A DNA stretch of 61,659 bases, counting the filler. It is 9 parts of 9 records of this genome, joined end to end, with 100 filler letters (N's around TTAATTAATTAA, not from the genome) between each part and the next. Parts side by side here need not be neighbours in the genome. Positions count along the whole stretch, not along the records: positions 45,455 to 55,260 come from SRR31147125_12182; positions 55,361 to 61,659 come from SRR31147125_12200; 7 more parts are not named here. One strand, 5' to 3'. Below are positions 53,662 to 61,659 of the stretch, in pieces. The notes under the pieces are model-generated. The model was not told the origin of the DNA. It saw nothing but the letters and a program-made list of their open reading frames with translations, and did no database searches. Numbering within the stretch: position 1 is the first letter of the stretch; every line of letters starts with the position of its first letter. The position numbers were made by a program, and so were the translations under genes.

Positions 53662-54840
53662 AAAATTCAAGCCTGTTGCAATGGCCCGGCAGGAATTGGC
53701 CCACGCGGGAGTCGATCCCTTCAATGTGGTGATCGAGAAGATCTTGTCACCAACGGAAGGACTCATTGAGGGGAACCCTGTGCTCTTGGTCGGGACCAAC
53801 AACTATCTTGGCCTGACGATGAACGACCAGTGTATCAAGGCTGCGCAGGATGCCTTGGCTAAAGAGGGGACTGGAACAACCGGTTCACGCATGGCCAATG
53901 GAACCTTTGCCGGACATCGGGACCTGGAAAGCGAGATTGCAGAATTTTTCGGATGCGCCCAATCCATCGTCTTCTCAACCGGATTCATCGCTAATTTGGG
54001 CATGATTTCCACTCTGACCGGTTCGGGTGACGTCATCGTACTGGACTCCGATTGCCATGCCAGCATTTACGATGCCTGCCGTATGAGCGACGCGGAAACG
54101 ATCCGCTTTCGCCATAATAACCTGGACAATCTGCGAACCAAGTTGGACCGTCTGGGGGAACGCGCCGCCAATGCCTTGGTTATCGTCGAGGGGATCTACA
54201 GCATGCTCGGCGATCGCGCGCCGCTGGCTGAAATCGTCGCCATCAAAAAGGAGTACAATGCCTTGCTGCTGGTAGACGAAGCACATTCCCTGGGTGTCCT
54301 CGGTGGACGCGGTCGGGGCCTGGCCGAGGAGGCCGGGGTGGAAAATGATGTCGATTTTATTGTCGGCACATTCAGCAAGAGCCTTGGGACTACCGGCGGG
54401 TTCTGTGTCAGCAATCACACTGAGCTTGATCTGGTCCGCTATGTCTGCCGTTCTTATATTTTCACGGCCTCGCCCTCCCCCCCACCATTGCCTCGGTACG
54501 GGTCGCGTTGCAGATTCTCGCCTCCCAGCCCGAATTGCGTACCAAACTTTGGGCAAACGCCGACCGGCTGTATCAGGGTCTTAAAGGTTCAGGGTTTAAT
54601 TTGGGGGCAGAGGTCAGCCCCATCGTCGCGGTTTACCTTGAATCCCGAGAAGCTGCTATAGCCTTTTGGAAGGCCTTGCTGAAACGTGGCATTTACGTCA
54701 ATCTGGTCTTTCCGCCGGCCGCTCCAGCCGGATACTGCCTCCTACGATGCAGCGTCAGCGCCGCCCATTCAACTGAGCAGATCGACCGAATTATAAATGT
54801 CTTTTCTGAGGTGAAATCCTCTATTGCTTTGTCGGCGTAA
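53645..54840 (+). CDS. spt: serine palmitoyltransferase (PLP alpha-oxoamine synthase); frameshift in the C-run near 54480
   Basis: GTNNYLGL, TTGSRMANGT, DCHASI, EGIYSMLGD, DEAHSLG, GTFSKSLG (PLP lysine), YIFTAS, LLRCSVSAAH; acp/reductase/ligase context argues against BioF. Confidence 0.85.
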
Positions 54841-55002
54841 AGGATTTCACCCCGAGCCAGTCAATGAGTTTTTCCGATCCCGCCATAATTTGCTGCTTTA
54901 AAAGATTTTTCAAAGGTAGCTTCTCAACTGTTTCCGGAATATTGCGAGGCAGAACCCAAGACCGGCCGGCACTACATTGACAGGTGTAACAAGAGATATC
55001 GA

Positions 55003-55260
55003 ATGGCTAAATCTTCGTCCATAATTATCATGCCCGTAGAAAACCAGGTTCGGGAACTTGATGCCAAGATCCTGCTTTCCTGCGTCGCCGCAGAGCGAGG
55101 TTTTCCGGTTCTGATCGGCTCACGAGCCTACATCCATTACAAAGTGGATTCCATTCCGAAGGGCGTCTACATGGCCAAAAGCATGAAGACCCGCAGTATT
55201 CGGATGTTTGAAATACTGAACCAGCTTGGCCATGACATTGTGGCCTGGGATGAAGAGGGG
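55003..55260 (+). CDS. surface carbohydrate biosynthesis protein (TIGR04396-like), N-terminal part
   Basis: VENQVRELDAKILL...AAERGF.VLIG...DEEG. Confidence 0.7.
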
Positions 55261-55360
55261 NNNNNNNNNNNNNNNNNNNNNNNNNNNNNNNNNNNNNNNN
55301 NNNNTTAATTAATTAANNNNNNNNNNNNNNNNNNNNNNNNNNNNNNNNNNNNNNNNNNNN
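55261..55360. other. artificial contig linker
   Basis: 44 N + TTAATTAATTAA + 44 N. Confidence 0.99.
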
Positions 55361-58300
55361 CATCCAGGCGGCCCAGGACGGCCAGACCACCGAGTCCAGG
55401 GCGGCCATCCAGGCCGACATCGACAAGCTGATGGAAGAACTGGATATCATTGCAAAGACCACCTCTTTTAATGGTCAGAAATTATTGTCCGGCCAGTTCA
55501 CCGATAAAAAATTCCAGATCGGCGCCTATTCCGGGGAAACCGTCAATATCTCCATTGCCTCCTCGGAATCCACCAAGATCGGCCATGTCACCACAGGGCT
55601 CCTTGGCCTGGCCAATGATGCGCCCGGAACCGTGGAACTTGCCATTTACAGCACACTCCAGGATAAGAACTTCCAGCTCAATGCCGTTGAAGTCGACTAT
55701 ACCAATTCCCGGGAAAACAGCATGGCGGCAGTGGCCGATTCCATCAATAAACTTTCCGATGTTCTGGGCATTACTGCCCAGGCCGACGTCAAGTCCTCAA
55801 CATCATCCACCATCGGCGAAGGCACCCTGACCCAGTTTTCAATCAACGGCATACCCATGAATGGCGTCCCTGTCCAGAAAAATGATGCAGACGGTTCCCT
55901 GGTAAAAGCCATCAATAATAAAACCCCCCAGCACGGGGTCCGGGCCACTGTGGATGCCGGCGGTTATCTCACCCTGACCTCCACGGACGGCAGGGCCATT
56001 GAAGTGAAAACAGATCCTGCCGGACTGGATTCCGTATTCAAGGGGGACAATTTGTCAACGGTCGGTGAAATCAGGCTGACCCAGGAAGGGTCCAACGACA
56101 TCATCATTACCAATGTGGACGGTGGCAATGCGGTTTCACTGACCAACAAACTGAATATCAGGGGTGCAGAAGAATTTACAGCGGAATCCACGGCTCAAAT
56201 CGGTTCAAAAATCACGGCAAACACCGTTATCGGCGCTGGGTGGCAGACCAGTCAGGATATTGACGCGGATGTCGCATTTACAGAGGATATTGTGACCACA
56301 GCCGATTCCACCCTGAAAAAGGGATCTGTTCTGGGATCAGGTTCCGTTATCGGATTTCAGGGCACCATTTTCGGAAATGTCACTGTCCAGACCACCACGG
56401 GAAGCTCCACAGCCCCTGGCACGGCTGCGGTATTTTCCACCATCAAGGCCAACAGTGTCCTGGCCGCCGGCACCGAGATCGGCACCGGCATCCCCCTTGG
56501 CGGGGATACGGTGATCATGGCCACAGATGCCACCACAGCGGACAATGACATTAAAGCCGACTCCATTCTGGCAGCCGGCTCCATCCTTGCCGCAAATACG
56601 GCACTGACGGCCACGGACGCCACCATTGCGCAGACAGAGTCCACTGTTGGAACCAGCCTTTTGACAACAGGTACCACCCTGTCTGCCGGCACCATTATCG
56701 GCAGGTCCACGGCTCTGGGCAATAGTAAATTCATTGTTGAAGCCAGTGAGGTCACAGTGGCCAACAGCATCATTGCCAGCGGCTCCGTACTGAACACCGG
56801 CACAGTCATCGGGAACGGCACCGTACTGACCGCCAATGATTTCACGATAAACCAGACCGGAGAGCTGACAGCCACAAGCACACTTATTCCGGGAAGCACC
56901 CTTGCTGCCGGTTCCTTCCTTAAAGCAGGCAGTTATCTGACCTCGGGGATTACCATTACAGACCTCAATGGAAATACCTATGGGGGGTCAGGGGTGACAC
57001 TGGCCACTGACGTGACCCTTAAAACCGCACTCGGCCCCATAGGCGCAGGCGAACAGATTGATGCCGTGGCCCTGAGCAAATTCGCAAACGGCACCGTCCT
57101 GAACTCCGGTTCCCAGGTATTTACGGACATCTCCCTGGCATCAGATATCACCCTGGCCGGTGGAAATATGAACGCCACCATCAACACCGCCCTTGGCGGG
57201 GGGTCCACCCTGGCATCCGGATCCGAAATCGGTGTGGACATCACCCTGAGAAGCGCATCCACCCTTTCCGACAATATTGCCCAGCTCAAGACAGGAAGCA
57301 CATTGGCCCAGGGCACGGCCCTGAATTCAGGCTCACAGGTGGCAGCGGACATTACCCTGGAAAGCAGCGCCGTGGCAGGGGCGAACTTAACCATCAAAGC
57401 AGGGTCCATTTTTGCCGAAAACACCATGATAAAAGACGGGTCAACAGTCAATTCCGACCTGACACTTAAAGAGGCCTCCACCCTGGGCAATGAGATGGCC
57501 GGCATCACCAAGGAAATCAAACTGGGTGCAGGCACCATTCTGGCCGCTGACACGGTCCTCAGGGAGGGGTCGGAATTTAACGGTAAAATCCAGCTCAAGG
57601 GCGACGTCAATGTGACCAACGACCAGGCCTTTGGGGCAGGTTCCACCATTGAACTCGACGACACCTTTATTCTGGCCGGTTCCACCATCGGCGGTGCGGC
57701 AACCGCCAAACAGGACATGGACATCATCAACGGCCCCTTTACCATGGGGGTCGGCACCAAGCTGGCTGCGGGCTCCATGCTCACCAACGGATCCACCATC
57801 GGCGGGACCATCACCCTTGATGAGGACGAAAAGGTGGCGGCCGGCACGGAAATGCAGCTGGAGCGTGGCTCCACCCTGAACCAGGGCAGCATTATCACGG
57901 CAGGCACCTACCTGACCTCGGATATCCTGGCCGATGACGGCAAGATCTACCCGGCAGGAAAAACCCTGGAAACCGACATCACCACTGCAGGGGTCAATGA
58001 GCTCAACGATCCTTTAACCCTTAAGGAAGGCTCTGTGATCACTGCAGGAAGCAAGGTTAGCGCCAATGCTGACGGCAACCCTGCTGATGCTGTGGTCAGG
58101 GATTCATCCACATCCAGGCTTTCCGATGTGAATGTTCTCTCCCAGGACAGCGCCCAGATTGCCATTGCAGTGGCCGACGCCACCCTGGCCGACCTGGACA
58201 AAGTCAGGGCGGACCTGGGCTCTGTGCAGAACCAGCTTAATTCCACCATTTCCAATATCTCAACCACCCGGGTGAATGTCTTCTCGGCGGAATCCACCAT

Positions 58301-58427
58301 CAGGGATGTTGATTTTGCAGAAGAGTCCGCAAACTTCACCAAAATGCAGATACTGGCCCAGGCAGGCACCTTTGCCATGAGTCAGGCAAATGCCAGCTCA
58401 CAGAATGTCATGAGCCTGCTGCAGTAA
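55361..58427 (+). CDS. fliC: giant flagellin (5' truncated) with a long repeat-rich variable region
   Basis: IQAAQDGQT..SR.AIQ.DI..L.EELD.IA.TTSFNGQKLL.G at the N-end; RADLGSVQNQL, AESTIRDVDFAEESANF, QAGTFAMSQAN, VMSLLQ at the C-end. Confidence 0.96.
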
Positions 58428-58443
58428 ATGAAAAATGACCTCC

Positions 58444-58475
58444 AAACCCCGGAATCATTTCCGGGGTTTTTTTTT
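58444..58475 (+). terminator. intrinsic terminator
   Basis: aaaccccggaa-tcat-ttccggggttt + T-run. Confidence 0.9.
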
Positions 58476-58477
58476 GC

Positions 58478-58505
58478 TCAGGTTTTTGGGGCCTGGGTCC
58501 GATGA
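58478..58505 (+). promoter_or_regulatory. possible sigma-28 promoter of fliD
   Basis: TCAG-N16-TCCGATGA, an imperfect match to TAAA-N15-GCCGATAA. Confidence 0.35.
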
Positions 58506-58583
58506 TATATATAATTGATTACAAGAATGTCCTTTGGGATAACGATATGGCATCATTTCACGGGACATAAGGGAGTTTAAAAA

Positions 58584-60278
58584 ATGGCAGGATCAATCAC
58601 TACTTTGGGTATCGGGTCCGGACTTGACCTCCAAAATATTTTGGACCAGCTGAAAACCGCAGAAAAAGCCCCCATCACCAGAAAAGAGAATGAAAAAGCC
58701 GGCCTCCAGAATAAAATTAATGCGTACAACAGCGTCAATTCCAAACTCTTTTCCATGAAATCCCATGCCCTCTCCCTCTCCCTGAATCCGATTTTTAAAA
58801 ACAAGGCTGCAGTATCCGATGAGGAGATCCTCACGGCCACGGCCAATAACGGTATTGAAACCTCCTCTCACACCATTGAAGTGGTCCAGAAGGCCCAGTT
58901 CAGTTCCTGGCAGACCGCAGGGGTCGCCGGCAAGGACGCCGTCATCATTGACGGGCCCGATACCGGCATAAAATCCAAGAATGAATCCGTGACCACCTCA
59001 TCCGGGACCATGGCCATCAAATACGGAGCCCTGGAAAGCCAGCAGGATATCAATATTGACCTGAATCCGGGGATGAGCCTCACCGATGTTGTCGCCAGGG
59101 TAAATTCTTCCGAGGCCAACAAGGATGAAGAGGGCAACCTCATTGTCATGGCCTCTGTGGGCACCAATTCCAAAGGCGACTTTTATGTCCGCCTGGCAGC
59201 CGCATCCGGAGAAGACGCGGTGGTGGACTCCCAGATCAGTGTGGAAGGGGCGGACTTTGCCAGGGCCGATGTCACCGTTTCCATCGGCCTTGACGGATCA
59301 GAAGATCCCATGTACCTCCATGTGGCACCCGGCACCACCTATGAGCAGATTGCCGCCGATATCAATGCCGCATCGGATAATCCCGGTGTCACCGCAACCA
59401 TTGTGGACACAGGCACCTCTGAAAACCCATTCAAGCTGACCCTGACGGCCAATAAAACCGGGGAATCAAACAGGATTAAACTCCAGACCCTTGATACGAT
59501 CATGACAGAAGCCACAGGGGCAGGAGGAGAGTCCCTGAACGCCATTTTCAAGGTCAGCGGGGTGGAATACCAGCGCCAGTCCAATACGGGTATCACTGAT
59601 GTCATCTCCGGGGTCACCCTGACCCTGAAAAAAACCGGTGAAACCTCCCTTGGGATCCAGCGTGACCTGGACCCCATCAAGGAAAGCATTACCGCATTGA
59701 TTGACGGGTTCAACAGCCTGGTCTCTGAAATCAAGGAAGGCGCTGAGTCCAATAGTGAAAACGAAAAAAAGACCGAGGACACAGATGCCCCCCTTTCAGA
59801 CTCCTTTGAAATGAAAACCATGATATCAAAGCTTGAGTCTCTGATTACCACCACCGTTGATACGGATTCAGAATATATCAGCCTGGTGGATCTGGGCCTT
59901 GAGGTGAATAAAGACGGCACCATGACCCTGAACGAGACCGTTCTGGAGCAGGCCGTCACATCCCACCCGGATGCCGTAAAAGAATTGTTCATCGGCGATG
60001 CCGAGGCCGGGGTGACAGGCCTGGGCGACATCATTGACGACGGGATCACGGGCATGGTCAGTTCCTACGGCCTGGTTTCCACTGAAATCGACAAGGCCGA
60101 AACACGGATGGACGGCCTGGACAAGGACATTGAGACGACCAAGGAACGCCTGGAAAAAAAGTATGAAACCATGACTGCCGAGTTTGTAAGGCTGGATTCA
60201 TATATCAGTTCCCTCAACAGCCAGGCCAAGGCCATGAATTCAATCATTGAATCCTTTACGAAAACAACACAAAAATAA
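58584..60278 (+). CDS. fliD: flagellar filament cap protein
   Basis: ITTLGIGSGLD, SNT.ITDVI.GVTLTL, DLGLEVNKDGTMTL, C-terminal coiled coil. Confidence 0.93.
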   Translation: MAGSITTLGIGSGLDLQNILDQLKTAEKAPITRKENEKAGLQNKINAYNSVNSKLFSMKSHALSLSLNPIFKNKAAVSDEEILTATANNGIETSSHTIEVVQKAQFSSWQTAGVAGKDAVIIDGPDTGIKSKNESVTTSSGTMAIKYGALESQQDINIDLNPGMSLTDVVARVNSSEANKDEEGNLIVMASVGTNSKGDFYVRLAAASGEDAVVDSQISVEGADFARADVTVSIGLDGSEDPMYLHVAPGTTYEQIAADINAASDNPGVTATIVDTGTSENPFKLTLTANKTGESNRIKLQTLDTIMTEATGAGGESLNAIFKVSGVEYQRQSNTGITDVISGVTLTLKKTGETSLGIQRDLDPIKESITALIDGFNSLVSEIKEGAESNSENEKKTEDTDAPLSDSFEMKTMISKLESLITTTVDTDSEYISLVDLGLEVNKDGTMTLNETVLEQAVTSHPDAVKELFIGDAEAGVTGLGDIIDDGITGMVSSYGLVSTEIDKAETRMDGLDKDIETTKERLEKKYETMTAEFVRLDSYISSLNSQAKAMNSIIESFTKTTQK

Positions 60279-60312
60279 TTAATATAAATAACCAAGGCGT
60301 CAGGAGGTATAC

Positions 60313-60831
60313 ATGGCGGCAACAGCTGAAATCAACAAGTATCTGAGCAATCATTATGAGGGCATGAGTCCGGAGCAATTAATCCTCGTGCTTTATAAGG
60401 CGGCCTTAGATCGCATCCAGCTGACCAAAGAAGGTATCGAAGAAAACAACATCCAGAAACGAGGGGAAAACCTGAGCAAGGCCATTGCCATTATCTCCGA
60501 ACTGAATGCATCGGTAGATTCAAATATAAACGATGAAAGCACCCGGTTCCTCAGGGGATTATACAGATCCATCCTGGCGGAACTGCCCAAGGTTTCCATC
60601 AATAATGATACGGAAATCTTAAGAAAGACCCATGGCTACATATCCAGACTCAAAGAGATCTGGGAAACCGAGGTGATGGGGAATAAAAATGCCAAGGCAA
60701 AGACCAAACAGATCAACGGCAACCAGCCTGTGAAAAAGCCGGCAATAGCAGCGGTCACACCCAAACCCATGCCGGGCAACGCCTACCCGGGCCAGACCGG
60801 GCAGACCGGTTTCCGCTCATTCTCTGTTTGA
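60313..60831 (+). CDS. fliS: flagellin chaperone
   Basis: SPEQLILVLY, LSKAIAIISELNAS, LRGLY, LKEIW. Confidence 0.9.
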   Translation: MAATAEINKYLSNHYEGMSPEQLILVLYKAALDRIQLTKEGIEENNIQKRGENLSKAIAIISELNASVDSNINDESTRFLRGLYRSILAELPKVSINNDTEILRKTHGYISRLKEIWETEVMGNKNAKAKTKQINGNQPVKKPAIAAVTPKPMPGNAYPGQTGQTGFRSFSV

Positions 60832-60861
60832 CAAAATAGACCAGATGGGATTTATAAAGCC

Positions 60862-61260
60862 ATGAAAGAAAAATTTGACCAGGTCAATGCAGCCATTACC
60901 CGGCTGGAAGAGATCCATGCCAGACAGATTGATGACTTTAATGAAATGCTCATGCCGGATCTTGAAACCCAGAGCCGTGAGCGGCACCAGGGGGTGGAGC
61001 AATTAAAAAAACAGATTGCCGGGTTTATCGAACTGGCCGGAGAAGTGCCTGATCAGGCAGATAAAATGATCAGGCGCCTGAATGACCGCATCAGCATATT
61101 GGTGGAACAGAACCGGGCATTGGCTGACAAGGCCAGAGCCCACAGGGATGGGCTCAGGCAAAGCCTCAAAGGCCTGGAAAAAGGAAACCGGGCCATTGGC
61201 GCATACGGTTCCCCCGCTTATATTGCCAACCGGCCAAGGGCCATCAATTTAATGAACTAA
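60862..61260 (+). CDS. helical flagellar accessory protein (FliT/FlgN-like)
   Basis: Coiled-coil character, position after fliS, C-terminal AIGAY. Confidence 0.45.
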   Translation: MKEKFDQVNAAITRLEEIHARQIDDFNEMLMPDLETQSRERHQGVEQLKKQIAGFIELAGEVPDQADKMIRRLNDRISILVEQNRALADKARAHRDGLRQSLKGLEKGNRAIGAYGSPAYIANRPRAINLMN

Positions 61261-61289
61261 CCAATTTAAGGAACTAACAAGGAGGACCC

Positions 61290-61659
61290 ATGGATATTAA
61301 TACTGTCAGCCCGGTCAATGGATCAAGCGGTTCCATTGAAACAAAAGAGTCGGCGGTGACACAAATCAAACCTGTCGCTGTGGAAACTATACCCAAGGAA
61401 AAACAGAAGGCAGAAGAGCAGAACCCAGACCTCTCTGCCCCGGACATCAAAGAACTGGCAGAAGAAATGAACGAAGTCATGGACGACCTTCAGACCAGTA
61501 TCGGGTTTTCCATCCGGGAAGAACTGAACCATCAGGTGGTGGTTGAGATTAAAGACAGGGAAACCAATGAACTCATCAAGCAGATCCCCTCTGAGGAACT
61601 TTTGGCCATCAAAGAAAAAATGGAAGAGTTCACAGGTCTCCTCTTTGACCAGAGGGCCT
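61290..61659 (+). CDS. flaG: FlaG-family protein (stop just beyond window)
   Basis: GGAGG RBS; manual translation MDINTVSP...IGFSIREE...VVVEIKDRETNELIKQIPSEELL...TGLLFDQRA; not in ORF track. Confidence 0.9.
   Translation, partial: MDINTVSPVNGSSGSIETKESAVTQIKPVAVETIPKEKQKAEEQNPDLSAPDIKELAEEMNEVMDDLQTSIGFSIREELNHQVVVEIKDRETNELIKQIPSEELLAIKEKMEEFTGLLFDQRA

Noticed and set aside
53645-54840. BioF/Kbl assignment for the PLP enzyme
   Set aside because: No bio or tdh genes nearby; GSRMANGT and GTFSKS motifs plus ACP/reductase/ligase context favour Spt.
4226-54840. Programmed frameshifting or phase variation at the many split genes
   Set aside because: Indels occur in unrelated genes and genomes without consistent slippery-site or hairpin context; sequencing error is more parsimonious.
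56170-58080. Ice-nucleation protein repeats in the flagellin
   Set aside because: GST-containing motifs are present, but the AGYGSTxT 8/16-residue periodicity and Tyr ladder are absent; the period is 6.
55697-60055. Long antisense ORFs (e.g. 56978-57907, 59339-60055)
   Set aside because: Shadows of fliC and fliD caused by codon bias; no recognisable motifs.
1-61659. rRNA, tRNA or CRISPR features
   Set aside because: None recognised by eye; no covariance-model scan was possible.

Overview
This window is not one locus. It is nine unrelated contigs joined by identical 100-nt artificial linkers (44 N + TTAATTAATTAA + 44 N), with visibly different base composition, and many genes carry single-base indels that look like sequencing errors. 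Contents: (1) 1-6034, an uncharacterised catabolic operon (DUF4387, two-subunit fumarate/tartrate-type hydro-lyase, FGGY kinase, deacetylase-like protein, FAD oxidoreductase, DUF3604-like). (2) 6135-14779, a Bacteroidota-like locus: a secreted degenerate-phosphoesterase / kinase-like / Omp85-barrel fusion, a secreted histidine phosphatase and a barrel protein, divergent from an HD + Pycsar-effector (PycTM/DUF5706) fusion and a membrane class III nucleotide cyclase with atypical specificity residues. (3) 14880-22670, AT-rich: OMP, M30 peptidase lipoprotein, MCP, CHASE4-PAS-GGDEF. (4) 22771-29211, AT-rich: an attC-like cassette array and a GNAT/LysR module bounded by a 44-bp direct repeat. (5) 29312-34554: pilT, an HDOD protein and a Cu/Co efflux cluster that includes a probable small selenoprotein with a SECIS-like hairpin. 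(6) 34655-39873: radical SAM tail, ampG, DUF6178, MBL hydrolase. (7) 39974-45354: TRAP transporter and a truncated thiolase. (8) 45455-55260: a bacterial sphingolipid/ceramide cluster (Spt, ACP, CerR-like, acyl-AMP ligase, bCerS-like, NTP transferases, HIT, LptF). (9) 55361-61659: a >1000-aa flagellin with a hexapeptide-repeat (beta-helix-like) insert, fliD, fliS, flaG. All family assignments come from motif recognition by eye; no searches were run.
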